Below, piece by piece: positions 27,598 through 37,489 of a stretch of DNA of 64,000 nt; the stretch's first letter is position 1; the number at the start of each line of letters is the position of its first letter. The stretch lies in contig DATFHH010000149.1 of assembly GCA_035248565.1 (NCBI GenBank), forward strand, positions 2,497 through 66,496, written 5' to 3'. The notes under the pieces are model-generated. The model was not told the origin of the DNA. It did no database searches and was given only the letters and a program-made list of their open reading frames with translations. The DNA comes from Pyrinomonadaceae bacterium (GTDB lineage: Bacteria; Acidobacteriota; Blastocatellia; Pyrinomonadales; Pyrinomonadaceae). Position numbers and translations under genes: made by a program.

Positions 27598-29196
27598 ATG
27601 TTTGACGTTTCTCAGAACAGCTCGACGGACCAGGAACGGACCATTCTCCGGAAACTGCGCATCTGGATTGCCGCGCTGGCAGTTGCTTGTTTACTCGCTG
27701 GCATCGGCATCGGCGCGATGTTGTCAGGCCGGTCGACTATAGCGCAGTCTGAAGCGCAGATCGCGCGCGCTCCCGAAGCCTTGTCCGCCTCATTTGCCGA
27801 GATTGCGCGGCGCGTGGAGCCCGCCGTCGTCAACATTGAAACCACCCAGCCCCAGCTGGAAGTCAGCGAAAAGGACGAAGATAAAGAAGATCAGTCGTCG
27901 AACAATCCACTGCTTGACATGTTCCGGCGTCAACAGCGACGGCCCGCGCGCGGAGTCGGCAGCGGTTTTATCGTCAGTCCGAAAGGCTACATCCTGACGA
28001 ACTATCACGTGATCGAGGACGCTGCGCGAATCACAGTCGGTCTGCAATCAGGTGAAAAATATCGCGGCACGGTTGTTGGCTTTGATACTGAAACCGACGT
28101 AGCCGTGATCAAGATCGACACGCCAAAGGATCTTCCGACCGTGACTCTCGGCGATTCGAACGCCGCGCAGGTTGGTGATTGGGTACTCGCGATGGGTTCC
28201 CCGTTTGGTCTCGATCAAACGGTGACGGCGGGAATCATTTCCAAGAAAGAACGCGAGAGTCCGTACTTCAACGTCTTCCAGCGTTTTCTGCAAACTGACG
28301 CCGCCATCAATCGCGGCAACAGTGGTGGACCACTCGTCAACATGCGTGGCGAAGTGATCGGGATGAATTCGCAGATCGCGACTTCGACCGGTGACTACAA
28401 CGGTATCGGCTTCGCCCTGCCGGCCAATGAAACCAATTTCGTCTACAAGCAGTTGATCGCCCAAGGCAAAGTAAAGCGCGGATATCTCGGAATAACTCTC
28501 GACTCCGTGCATGACGAGTTTGCAAAAGTTTATGGTCTGCCCGAAGCGAAGGGCGCGATCATTACTCAGGTTGCGCCGATTGAAAACGGCCAACCCACGC
28601 CCGCAGCGAAAGCTGGTCTTCAAGCAAGCGACATAATCGTAGAGTTTGAAGGCACGCCGATCCTCAATGCACAGGATTTGATTCAGCGCGTTGCCAGTAC
28701 GCCTGTGGGCCAGCAAGTGACGCTGGTTTATCTGCGAGACAACAACGGCAAGATGGAACGGAAGACTGCAACCGTGGCCTTAGGCGAACGGCCTCCGTCA
28801 ACCACGCGCGAATGGGAAGAACCAACAAAAGCGACGCCGAAGACGAGCGATCCCCGCGGCAACGCTCTGCATCTTGGCGTCACACTCGCAGAACTGACTC
28901 CGCAACTGAGAACCGATCGACATCTCACGGACTTGCAGGGTCTTTACGTTAAAGATATCGATCCCAACGGCCTGCTCGCGGAAGTTCGCATTCCACCAAC
29001 AGGCACCCCGGCGTTAAACGAAGGCGACGTCATCAATCGCATCAACCGCACTCCAGTGACTTCACTCGCCGATTTTCAACGTGTGTTGAGTGGATTGAAG
29101 ACAGGCGATCCGATCGTCTTGAACATTACGAGAATTGTGCGAGATGCGAAAGGCGATCGACCGGTCCCGCTGATCGTGCAGTTTACTTATCAATAA
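27598..29196 (+). CDS. htrA: Do/DegP/HtrA family periplasmic serine protease with two PDZ domains
   Basis: TNYHVI (His), DVAVIK (Asp), GNSGGPL (Ser) triad. Two PDZ-like regions. N-terminal TM anchor. Confidence 0.9.
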   Translation: MFDVSQNSSTDQERTILRKLRIWIAALAVACLLAGIGIGAMLSGRSTIAQSEAQIARAPEALSASFAEIARRVEPAVVNIETTQPQLEVSEKDEDKEDQSSNNPLLDMFRRQQRRPARGVGSGFIVSPKGYILTNYHVIEDAARITVGLQSGEKYRGTVVGFDTETDVAVIKIDTPKDLPTVTLGDSNAAQVGDWVLAMGSPFGLDQTVTAGIISKKERESPYFNVFQRFLQTDAAINRGNSGGPLVNMRGEVIGMNSQIATSTGDYNGIGFALPANETNFVYKQLIAQGKVKRGYLGITLDSVHDEFAKVYGLPEAKGAIITQVAPIENGQPTPAAKAGLQASDIIVEFEGTPILNAQDLIQRVASTPVGQQVTLVYLRDNNGKMERKTATVALGERPPSTTREWEEPTKATPKTSDPRGNALHLGVTLAELTPQLRTDRHLTDLQGLYVKDIDPNGLLAEVRIPPTGTPALNEGDVINRINRTPVTSLADFQRVLSGLKTGDPIVLNITRIVRDAKGDRPVPLIVQFTYQ

Positions 29197-29214
29197 GATC
29201 ATTGCCAATAACTT

Positions 29215-30783
29215 ATGTCTCAGGCAAAAAAGGCAATCTCAAAAACCAGCGGGAAAATGGCGGCGCGCAACGCAGCCCGCGCGGCAGTCAAGACTTATCA
29301 AAACTACATCGACGGAAAATGGGTCGGCAGCCAATCAGGTGAGATGTTTGAAAACATCAACCCTGCCGATAACCGCGATGTTGTTGGACGTTTTCCTCTC
29401 TCAACCAGCGACGACGTTAATGCGGCTGTGAATGCCGCGCAAAATGCGTTCGATCGCTGGCGCAACACTCCCGCACCCAAGCGTGCGGAACTGCTGTTTC
29501 GTCTCGGCGAGATCCTGATCCACAACAAAGAACGCTTTACCGCCGACATGACACGCGAAATGGGTAAGGTCTTAAAAGAAGCCGGCGGCGACGTGCAGGA
29601 AGCGATTGACTGCACCTATTACACCGCGGGCGAAGGCCGGCGGCTTCACGGATTTACTTCACCGGCTGAGATGCGCGACAAGTTTGCGATGTGCGTGCGC
29701 CAACCGGTCGGTCTTTGCGGTTTGATTACGCCGTGGAATTTTCCGATGGCGATTCCGTCGTGGAAACTGATTCCAGCATTGATCTGCGGCAACACGGTCG
29801 TCATCAAACCCGCCGAAGACACGCCACTTTCAACCTACAATCTGGTCAAAGCATGCGAAGAAGCCGGCATTCCGCCGGGAGTCGTGAATCTCGTGACCGG
29901 CTATGGTGAAACTGTCGGCGCAGCAATGACCAATCATCCCGCGTTGCGCTTGATCTCATTCACCGGTTCGACTGAAACGGGTCGCATCGTCGCTTCCGCC
30001 TGTGCGGAGCGAAACGCGATCTGTTCGCTCGAGATGGGCGGCAAGAATGCCATCATCGTGATGGACGATGCCGATATTGACTTAGCTGTTGAGGGCGCCA
30101 TTTGGGGCGCCTTTGGTACGTCAGGACAGCGCTGCACTGCGTCGTCGCGGCTGGTGGTCCATAAGAAAGTTTACAAGCAGTTTGTAACGAAGCTGGTTGA
30201 AAACACGAAGGCGCTGCGGGTTGGCGATGGCGCGGATCCGAAGACTGACGTTGGCCCAGTCATAAACGCCGACGCAGTCGAGAAGATCATGGGTTACATC
30301 CGCATCGGACGCGACGATGACGGCGCTAAGCTGGCATGCGGCGGCAAACGACTCTCGCGCGGCGACTATGCCAACGGTCATTTCATCGAACCGACAGTCT
30401 TCGCCGATGCCGCTCCTGACATGCGCGTCTCTCAGGAAGAGATATTTGGACCAGTCACTACTGTCATTCCGGCAAACTCACTCGAAGAAGCGATTCAGAT
30501 CGCCAACGGAGTTCGTTACGGACTCTCGGCTGCCATCTATACGCAAAATGTCAATCGTGCGTTCAAAGCGATGAACGAGATGTACACCGGCATCTTCTAC
30601 GTCAATGCTTCAACCATCGGCGCTGAAGTGCACCTTCCTTTCGGGGGCACCAAAGCGACTGGTAATGGACATCGTGAAGCAGGCACGCAGGTGCTGGACA
30701 TCTTCTCTGAATGGAAGTCTATCTACGTCGACTTCAGTGGCAAGCTGCAACGCGCGCAGATTGATTTAATAGAATCTGCGTAA
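29215..30783 (+). CDS. NAD(P)-dependent aldehyde dehydrogenase family protein
   Basis: [10 protein letters not shown] (catalytic Glu) and [10 protein letters not shown] (catalytic Cys). 522 aa. Substrate not assignable from sequence. Confidence 0.88.
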   Translation: MSQAKKAISKTSGKMAARNAARAAVKTYQNYIDGKWVGSQSGEMFENINPADNRDVVGRFPLSTSDDVNAAVNAAQNAFDRWRNTPAPKRAELLFRLGEILIHNKERFTADMTREMGKVLKEAGGDVQEAIDCTYYTAGEGRRLHGFTSPAEMRDKFAMCVRQPVGLCGLITPWNFPMAIPSWKLIPALICGNTVVIKPAEDTPLSTYNLVKACEEAGIPPGVVNLVTGYGETVGAAMTNHPALRLISFTGSTETGRIVASACAERNAICSLEMGGKNAIIVMDDADIDLAVEGAIWGAFGTSGQRCTASSRLVVHKKVYKQFVTKLVENTKALRVGDGADPKTDVGPVINADAVEKIMGYIRIGRDDDGAKLACGGKRLSRGDYANGHFIEPTVFADAAPDMRVSQEEIFGPVTTVIPANSLEEAIQIANGVRYGLSAAIYTQNVNRAFKAMNEMYTGIFYVNASTIGAEVHLPFGGTKATGNGHREAGTQVLDIFSEWKSIYVDFSGKLQRAQIDLIESA

Positions 30784-30794
30784 TCTGTGGATGG
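30755..30794. repeat. Family A element, copy A4 (left outer arm missing)
   Basis: CGCAGATT, loop gatttaatag, then AATCTGCGTAATCTGTGGATGG. Encodes the last residues and stops of both convergent genes. Confidence 0.8.
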
Positions 30795-31194
30795 TTTTAA
30801 TCAGTTCTTCCGGCGACACCGGCTTCGCCAGAAACGCATTCACCTGCTCAGATTCGTCAGTCGAATTCTTCGGATCGAGCGCGCTCAACAAGATAATCGG
30901 TAAGTTGGTCAGATGCTGACTACTCCTCACAAAGCGGCACAACCCATACCCATCCAAATTCGGCATCAGCGCATCGGTAACTATCACGTCGACGCGCGCG
31001 GTCAGTAAAACTCTCATCGCCTCCAGACCATCGCCGGCAGAAATGACGTCGTAGCCGGCACGCTGAAGCACCACTTCGAGATAACGTCTGAGCGCAGGAT
31101 CGTCCTCGACCAACAAGACACACGGGCGCTGCTCGGGTGATTGTGCCGAGTGCAATCCATTGCCGGGTCTTTCCAGTTTATTCGATACGATCAT
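30766..31194 (-). CDS. stand-alone response regulator receiver (CheY-like)
   Basis: [11 protein letters not shown], ..[13 protein letters not shown].., ..LSAL.., AFLAKP receiver motifs. ATG 31194 preferred (ORF open to 31293). Confidence 0.75.
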   Translation of the reverse strand: MIVSNKLERPGNGLHSAQSPEQRPCVLLVEDDPALRRYLEVVLQRAGYDVISAGDGLEAMRVLLTARVDVIVTDALMPNLDGYGLCRFVRSSQHLTNLPIILLSALDPKNSTDESEQVNAFLAKPVSPEELIKTIHRLRRFY

Positions 31195-31304
31195 GGCTGC
31201 TGCGCAGGACTTCCGCGGGCGTGAGGGCTCTGAAGGTCGGAGCCAGGGAGGACTCGCCAAATGCAGATTAGACTGACCCAACGTGATTGTCAATGTTTAA
31301 CGAA

Positions 31305-31335
31305 GTTATCCGCTCAATCCGTGTTTCATCTGCGG
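31305..31335. repeat. Family A/C-like three-word element
   Basis: GTTATCCGCTCAATCCGTGTTTCATCTGCGG, just downstream of the asnB-like stop (31345). Confidence 0.55.
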
Positions 31336-31344
31336 CAAAAGTCC

Positions 31345-33282
31345 TCAGTCGATAAAGGTGCGGTGCCAGAGCTCAAGCCCGAGGAGCTGAAAAACCTGCA
31401 AATTGTAGTCTTCACGGCCCGAAAAATTAGCTTCCAGCACCCGTTTGACGGCATTCGGACGGAAGATGCCGCGCCGCCTCACAGACTCCTCAGAGAGCAG
31501 ATCGTTAATCAACGGACGCAGAGGCCCGCGCAGCCAGGAGCGAATCGGCGCGCCGAAACCAGCCTTCTTTCGCCAAACCACGTCCTTGGGCAGCATGGTT
31601 TCCATGGCCCGCTTAAAGATGTACTTGCGCTTCAGTCCGCGCAGTTTCAATCGCGGCGGCATACGTGCCGCCATCTCGATCATCTCGCGATTGAGAAACG
31701 GCACTCGCACTTCGAGATTGGCGGCCATCGACGTCTTGTCAGTCGTCATCAGGTTTAGACAAGGCAGAAAAGTCTTTAAATCGACGTAAAGAAGTTGATT
31801 CAAAGGCGCCGCGTTCGTCACGCTCGCGAAGTAAAGGCGATGAGTCGAGTAAGGATCATAGTCGTGCGTGAGGGCGCGCCACTCATCTGAATACAGTCGC
31901 TGCTTCATCTCGTTCGTGAAGTAAGTGCCATAACCGAGATAACGATCTTCAAAGTCGAGCGCGGCACTGCGAGCAAACTTCTTCGCGTTGCGAAGCGGCG
32001 CAGTTAGTTTCCCTGGCAATCCGCCCGGCAACGCACCCGCAACTGTCTTCATCAACGGCCGTCGCAGCAGTTGCGGCACTGGATCGAATGCCGACGCAAT
32101 TTGCATCGCCATCTGGCGCGGATAGCCGGCAAACACTTCATCGCCTCCCATGCCCGAAAGCATCACCGTCAGAGTCTCACGTGCGACATGGGAAATGAGA
32201 TAACTCGGAATCGCCATGTCGATCGGCGGCTCTTCCATGTGATAGACCAGCTTCGGCAGCAGATCGGCGACCGATGGTTTCAACATGATCTCGTGATAGT
32301 CAGTCTGCAACTGCTCGTTGACGCGCCTGGCCCAACGCACGTCGTCGGGAATGATGTCATAACGCAGATCTTCGCTCTCGATGCCGACGGTGTACGTGCT
32401 GATTCGCTGGCCGTTGCTGTGGCGTTCCATCATCGCGACGATACCGGAAGAGTCGATGCCGCCTGAGAGAAACGATCCGAGTGGAACGTCGGCGACCATC
32501 TCCCTCTTTACGACGCGATCGAAAGTGTCGAGCACACGCTCGCGCCACCATGCCTCGTTCTTGCCTTCTTCGATCGTGTCGAATGAAACGTCCCACCATT
32601 GTTTCAGCGTCAGTTCGTCATGATGAAACTGAAGCAAGTGGGCCGGAGGCACAGTCTTCACGTTCGCAAACAACGTATTTGGATCCGGCGACCAGAGGAA
32701 CGTTAGAAACTGATGCAGCGCTTCGGGATTCAACTCAGGCTTCACTAAACCTGTTGCGAGGATTGCTTTGATTTCTGAGCCGAAGACAAACGTTGCGGAG
32801 GCATCGTCGCGGGCGGGAATGAACGTGTAGTAAAGCGGCTTAATGCCGACGTGATCGCGGACCAGCGTCAACATGCGTTGGTGGTTGTCCCAGACGGCGA
32901 AAGCAAACATGCCGTTGAGATGAGTTATCGCATCCCAGCTCCACTCCGAGACCGCCGCAAGCAAGACTTCGGCATCTGAATCGGTGCGGAAGTTATGGTC
33001 CAGGGTTTTTAATTGTTCGCGGAGTTCGCGATAGTTGTAGATCTCGCCGTTGAAAATGAGGACGTAACGGCCGTCGGCCGAGAGCATGGGTTCGTGACCC
33101 GCAGGACTCGTGTCGATGATCGCGAGCCGGCGATGGCCCAAACAGGCGCGCCGATTGTTTGAATCGATCGGCTCTGAAACCCAAACACCTTGATCGTCTC
33201 GACCGCGATGCTCCACACTCGCGAGCATCGGACCAATAAACTTCACCGGTTCGATGCCGACAATTCCTGCAATACCACACAT
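31345..33282 (-). CDS. asparagine synthase (glutamine-hydrolysing) family amidotransferase, paralog 1
   Basis: MCGIAGI Ntn-Cys start, GATase-II domain, PP-loop SFLSGGIDSS. Confidence 0.88.
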   Translation of the reverse strand: MCGIAGIVGIEPVKFIGPMLASVEHRGRDDQGVWVSEPIDSNNRRACLGHRRLAIIDTSPAGHEPMLSADGRYVLIFNGEIYNYRELREQLKTLDHNFRTDSDAEVLLAAVSEWSWDAITHLNGMFAFAVWDNHQRMLTLVRDHVGIKPLYYTFIPARDDASATFVFGSEIKAILATGLVKPELNPEALHQFLTFLWSPDPNTLFANVKTVPPAHLLQFHHDELTLKQWWDVSFDTIEEGKNEAWWRERVLDTFDRVVKREMVADVPLGSFLSGGIDSSGIVAMMERHSNGQRISTYTVGIESEDLRYDIIPDDVRWARRVNEQLQTDYHEIMLKPSVADLLPKLVYHMEEPPIDMAIPSYLISHVARETLTVMLSGMGGDEVFAGYPRQMAMQIASAFDPVPQLLRRPLMKTVAGALPGGLPGKLTAPLRNAKKFARSAALDFEDRYLGYGTYFTNEMKQRLYSDEWRALTHDYDPYSTHRLYFASVTNAAPLNQLLYVDLKTFLPCLNLMTTDKTSMAANLEVRVPFLNREMIEMAARMPPRLKLRGLKRKYIFKRAMETMLPKDVVWRKKAGFGAPIRSWLRGPLRPLINDLLSEESVRRRGIFRPNAVKRVLEANFSGREDYNLQVFQLLGLELWHRTFID

Positions 33283-33303
33283 AATCTGTGTAATCTGTGG
33301 ATG
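33283..33303. repeat. Family A half element, copy A5
   Basis: AATCTGTGTAATCTGTGGATG, exactly fills the gap between the oxidoreductase stop (33306) and the asnB-like ATG (33282). Confidence 0.75.
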
Positions 33304-33305
33304 TT

Positions 33306-35459
33306 TCAGAGTTCGAAGGGTCTACGCTCGCGCAGTGAATCAAGCACTCGGAAAGTGGCCCTCGTGGTAGCCGCTAACTCATCGAGAGCGATCGGAACAG
33401 CTCCGCCGGCAAGCACGTTCGAACAAACCGCACGCACCTGCGCCTGCTGACCTTTGTCTTGTGCCTTCATCGTCAACTGCTCCTCACGCCCGTCTTTGTA
33501 GAGCGTCGCACGTCGAAAGTCATCGAGCACAAAGACTCTTCCCGCGCCAAATATCTCCACGCGTTCCTTCGCCAACGATTTGTCGCCCTCGCTCAGATAC
33601 GCCACCGCGCCATTCGAACCATCAGCGAAACGCAGCGTAATGAAAACAGAGTCAGCATCGACGATCTTGCTCGACTTCGCACTTAGCGACTCCGCAAAGA
33701 CCGACACAGGTTGCGCGCCCGTCACATATTGTATGAAGTCGATAAAGTGACAGACCTCGCCAAGGATTCGGCCACCACCTTCTTCAGCGTCCTGCATCCA
33801 GTGCTCGTTCGGAATGCGGCCGGCATTCACTCGATAAAGAACCGAGAGGGGAGCGTCGCAGTGGGCAAAGAACTCTTTTGCGCGTTGTCCGAGCGGCGCG
33901 AACCGGCGATTGAATCCGACCATCAGTTTGGCGGTTGAACTCTTTGCTGCGTCGAGGACCGATTCGAGCTGCGCGTCGTTGAGTGCGAGTGGCTTCTCGA
34001 CGAAGACGTGCTTGTTGCGTTCCAGGGCTTTGCGCGCGAGTTCAGCGTGTGTGGCGTTTCGTGTGCCGATGACGACGAGATTCACACTCGCGTCGTCGAG
34101 CACTTCATCAGCACTCGAAACGGCATAGGCGAAACCAAATCGTTTCCCTACGTTCTGTGCGGAAACCCCTGTCGCAGTAGCTATCGAGCGGAGTTCAACT
34201 CCCTCGTTTTTGAAGTGCGGCAGCAACATCGCCGGAACGTAACCACCTGCGCCAATCACTCCTAAAACGATCGACTTCTCGGACTTCCTTGCTGCCGGCG
34301 CCGCGCCCAGCGAGACTTTCCGGACGACTTCCGCTTCCGGATCGTAATTGAGCACCACGCCCAGATAAGGTTCCTGCACATCTCCCGAGATCAAACGATA
34401 AGCATGCTCCGCTTCGGTGATCGGGAAGCGGTGAGTCGTCAGGCGCTCAACATCGACGCGCCTGTCGCCGACGAGTTGCAGAAAGCTCTCGATGTTTCGA
34501 TTCTCCGTCCAGCGCACGTAAGGTAGCGGATAATCATGACCTCTCTCTTCGTAATCGGGATCATAACGGCCTGGTCCATACGACATCGACACGATCAGTT
34601 TTAATTCGCGACTGAAGAAAGGCGCGCGTGGAATGTCCATTCCGGTCATGCCCACGACGATCACACGGCCTTTCAAACGCGATACTTGCGCCGCCAACTC
34701 GACTGGCTGGTTCGAATCAGTTGCGGCTGTGATCAGCACCGCGTCAGCGCCGTGACCGCGAGTCCACGTCTCGATCTCTCTTGCCGCATCTTCATTCGAA
34801 ACCAGAGCTCTATCAGCGCCCAACTCGAGCGCCAGCGAAACTCGCGACTGCTCCAGCTCTAAACCGAACACGCGACACCCATTCGCCTTCAGCAGTTGAA
34901 CCGTAAGTTGGCCCACTAAACCGAGACCGATCACCACGACCGATTCGCCAAGCGTCGGTTCAGCAAGCCGGACGCCTTGCAAAGCGATCGCGCCCAACGT
35001 GCCGTATGCCCCCGACTCAAAGCTCACGTCGTCAGGAAGATGAACACAAAGATTCTTCGGCACCGACAACACTTCCGCATGCGCAGCAAAACCAACGCCC
35101 GCACAAGCAACGCGATCTCCTATCTGAAACTCCGTCACGTCATCCGCGACGGCTGAAACTATACCCGCAGCGCTGTATCCCAACGCCTGCGACGCGGCCA
35201 TCTTGTCGCGCACCGATGCAAACGTGTTGAGTAGTCCCTCATTTTTGACTTTCGCGACTACAGCCTTGACGAGATCAGGTCTTTGCCGTGCTTCCTGGAC
35301 CAGTCCTTTGCTGACGAGTTCAACCGCGGCGCGCTCGGTCCCGGCGCTAATCAACGAAGCGACCGTACGCACCAACACTCGGCCCTTCTGCAACGCAGGC
35401 ACCGGCACTTCACCAACAAATGGCCGCCCCGTCTTCCTATTTTGCAGAACCTGTTTCAT
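33306..35459 (-). CDS. bi-domain oxidoreductase (N-terminal MDR/Zn-ADH-like + C-terminal Gfo/Idh/MocA)
   Basis: N-terminal half has an MDR fold (VVIGLGLVGQL Rossmann). C-terminal half has VIGAGGYV..FVEKPLA, typical of Gfo/Idh/MocA. Confidence 0.8.
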   Translation of the reverse strand: MKQVLQNRKTGRPFVGEVPVPALQKGRVLVRTVASLISAGTERAAVELVSKGLVQEARQRPDLVKAVVAKVKNEGLLNTFASVRDKMAASQALGYSAAGIVSAVADDVTEFQIGDRVACAGVGFAAHAEVLSVPKNLCVHLPDDVSFESGAYGTLGAIALQGVRLAEPTLGESVVVIGLGLVGQLTVQLLKANGCRVFGLELEQSRVSLALELGADRALVSNEDAAREIETWTRGHGADAVLITAATDSNQPVELAAQVSRLKGRVIVVGMTGMDIPRAPFFSRELKLIVSMSYGPGRYDPDYEERGHDYPLPYVRWTENRNIESFLQLVGDRRVDVERLTTHRFPITEAEHAYRLISGDVQEPYLGVVLNYDPEAEVVRKVSLGAAPAARKSEKSIVLGVIGAGGYVPAMLLPHFKNEGVELRSIATATGVSAQNVGKRFGFAYAVSSADEVLDDASVNLVVIGTRNATHAELARKALERNKHVFVEKPLALNDAQLESVLDAAKSSTAKLMVGFNRRFAPLGQRAKEFFAHCDAPLSVLYRVNAGRIPNEHWMQDAEEGGGRILGEVCHFIDFIQYVTGAQPVSVFAESLSAKSSKIVDADSVFITLRFADGSNGAVAYLSEGDKSLAKERVEIFGAGRVFVLDDFRRATLYKDGREEQLTMKAQDKGQQAQVRAVCSNVLAGGAVPIALDELAATTRATFRVLDSLRERRPFEL

Positions 35460-35461
35460 GC

Positions 35462-35495
35462 TTATCCGCGTTCATCCGCGGTCATCCGCGGCTAA
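35462..35495. repeat. Family C element, copy C5 (three words)
   Basis: TTATCCGCGTTCATCCGCGGTCATCCGCGGCTAA. Contains the glycosyltransferase stop (35472). Confidence 0.9.
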
Positions 35496-36668
35496 AACTC
35501 TTTGGATCAACTCACTAACCCACTCCGCGCGCGCGTCCCACGTGCCCGAAGCGACCGCCGCCTGTCGTCGCGCGGCCGCGTTCGCATCCGTGTCATGAAG
35601 GGCTTCATCGACTAACCGAATAAAGTCATCTCGCGTGCGGGCGATCCTGAGAATGTCGCGCATCGGTTCGTACTCCGGCAACGGCGAGATGACGACTGGC
35701 TTTCCCGTCGCGAGGTACTCCCGAACTTTAATCGCCGAGCCGTAACTCGTAAAAGACTGCTCAGTTTCCCACGGCAACACGCAAACGTCGAATCCCGCAG
35801 CGTAAGACGGAAGATCGTTATAAGCAACGGGTGGCAGAAAATGAACATTCGGTAAGGCCTCAATGTCGAGACCACGCGAGCGATTGCCGATAAATATCCA
35901 TTGCCACTCAGGACGCTCCTGAGAGGCGCGCTTGATTAATTCCTGGTCCACCAACCACGGCTCAATCGCTCCAAAGTAACCCAAACGAGGTCGCGGCAGC
36001 CTCATGATCTCAGGCGCTACAGCTCTTTCTGCGACACGTCGCCAGTGTTCAAAATCAACACCTTGCTCGAGTAAATGCGATCGTTCACATCCGCGCGTCG
36101 CTTCCGTAAAAAGTTTTCGACCCGAATAGAAAATCAGATCCGCGGCGTCGATGGCGCCTTCGTGAAGCTTGCGTATCAATGCCGGATCCGTAGCATGATC
36201 CATCGTGTTTGCATCATACTTGTCTGAGACTTGATAGACCACCATCGATTCATCGAGCGTGCCGATCATATCGGCAGCGGTGGGAATAGCGATCCACAGA
36301 ATCGGCTTTTTCAGACCACGGCTCCGCGCGAGACGTTTGATTTGCGCTCCGATCAAACGCCGGTTCATCGTTCGCGCTGCTGCCGTGCCGAAAAAAGGTA
36401 AACTGGCGGGCGAGACAACGGTGATACCTTCGTCTGTTTGTCGCGCGAGTTTGGAATAACTGCCGAGCTTGCGCTTGATTCGCGGCAGCAGATCTTTGTG
36501 CGCCAGACCAGGGAGACCCATCGAGATGGAGTTGACGAAGATCACTTTGTTTCCGGCGCGCGCAAACTTGCGCATCAGGTGTGCCTTGGAGTGCGGGTGG
36601 TGATACCACCAGTCTTCTCCACCAAAACAGATTATCGATTGGTCGCGCAGCATTCGATCCGTAAGCAT
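35472..36668 (-). CDS. glycosyltransferase (GT1/GT4-like, TuaH-like N-terminus)
   Basis: IICFGGEDWWYHHPHSKAHL.. N-terminus and C-terminal GT-B region (..REYLATGKPVVISPL..). ATG 36668 lies in repeat C6. Confidence 0.72.
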   Translation of the reverse strand: MLTDRMLRDQSIICFGGEDWWYHHPHSKAHLMRKFARAGNKVIFVNSISMGLPGLAHKDLLPRIKRKLGSYSKLARQTDEGITVVSPASLPFFGTAAARTMNRRLIGAQIKRLARSRGLKKPILWIAIPTAADMIGTLDESMVVYQVSDKYDANTMDHATDPALIRKLHEGAIDAADLIFYSGRKLFTEATRGCERSHLLEQGVDFEHWRRVAERAVAPEIMRLPRPRLGYFGAIEPWLVDQELIKRASQERPEWQWIFIGNRSRGLDIEALPNVHFLPPVAYNDLPSYAAGFDVCVLPWETEQSFTSYGSAIKVREYLATGKPVVISPLPEYEPMRDILRIARTRDDFIRLVDEALHDTDANAAARRQAAVASGTWDARAEWVSELIQRVLAADDRG

Positions 36669-36687
36669 CCACGTTAATCCGCGGCCC
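36666..36687. repeat. Family C element, copy C6
   Basis: CATCCACGTTAATCCGCGGCCC. Holds the methyltransferase stop (36674) and the glycosyltransferase ATG (36668). Confidence 0.7.
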
Positions 36688-37459
36688 TGACTTTCGCGAC
36701 ACACAATCCCGATACCCCAAACGGCAGGTTCATATATCGCAAAACCCAACTCTCCGCCCCAAACAGTCTCCCCAGAATTCCGTTGAGCGCCGGCGCATTG
36801 ATGTTGTTCTCACTCGACGTTCGGATCCCGGTTAACTGCATCAACTTTCTCACCATCAGAATCGGCAGAAAGAACGTGATGTTCGCGTAGGTCATGCGCT
36901 CAACTTCAAACCCAGCCTGTTCGAGCACGCGGCGCAGTTGTGGTAGACGATAGCGCCGGCGGTGATTGCTGACTTCATCCTGCACGCCCCATAAAAACAT
37001 GAACGTCGGCACAAACAGCAACACTCGTCCGCCCGGTCGCAACACTCGTCGCATCTCACTCAAGCCCGCCAGATCGTCGTCCATGTGTTCGACGACATCA
37101 AACGCCGTCACTAAGTCAAACGTGGCGTCCTCGTAAGGAAGTTCTTCGCCTGCGCCGAGCCGTACTTTGTCGAGTCCGCGTTCTCGACAGAACGCCAGCG
37201 CGTCCTCTGACACGTCGACGCCTTCCGCGTCTCCATACTTCGAAAGCAAAAGCAGATTCGCGCCGGTGCCGCAGCCTACGTCGAGAATACGCGGACGTCG
37301 ATCCGTTACACGACGACAGATATCTTCGAGGAAGCTGGCGATGATCTTTCGTCTGCCGGTGTACCACCAATGCGACTGCTCCACGCGAAAGAGAATCGGG
37401 TACGTGTGCTCCATCATCTCGCGGGGGAGCGGATTTGCGATATCGGAACGTAATTTCAT
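36674..37459 (-). CDS. class I SAM-dependent methyltransferase
   Basis: Motif I ILDVGCGTGANL. Post-I and motif II are consistent (DLVTAFDVVEH). Confidence 0.85.
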   Translation of the reverse strand: MKLRSDIANPLPREMMEHTYPILFRVEQSHWWYTGRRKIIASFLEDICRRVTDRRPRILDVGCGTGANLLLLSKYGDAEGVDVSEDALAFCRERGLDKVRLGAGEELPYEDATFDLVTAFDVVEHMDDDLAGLSEMRRVLRPGGRVLLFVPTFMFLWGVQDEVSNHRRRYRLPQLRRVLEQAGFEVERMTYANITFFLPILMVRKLMQLTGIRTSSENNINAPALNGILGRLFGAESWVLRYMNLPFGVSGLCVAKVRAAD

Positions 37460-37465
37460 GAAATA

Positions 37466-37489
37466 TTAGCCGCGGATGACGCGGATTAA
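37466..37489. repeat. Family C element, copy C7 (opposite orientation to C5)
   Basis: TTAGCCGCGGATGACGCGGATTAA. Encodes ..IRVIRG* of the upstream membrane protein. Confidence 0.9.

Noticed and set aside
27412-27742. Small ORFs 27412-27594 and 27524-27742 downstream of the ADH gene, and the similar 54009-54209, 53938-54465 and 63472-63975.
   Set aside because: Their only shared similarity (ECGGL.PL, KPPHSKE, AAALQGG) maps exactly onto family B repeat DNA read in different frames and strands. They are treated as repeat translations, not genes.
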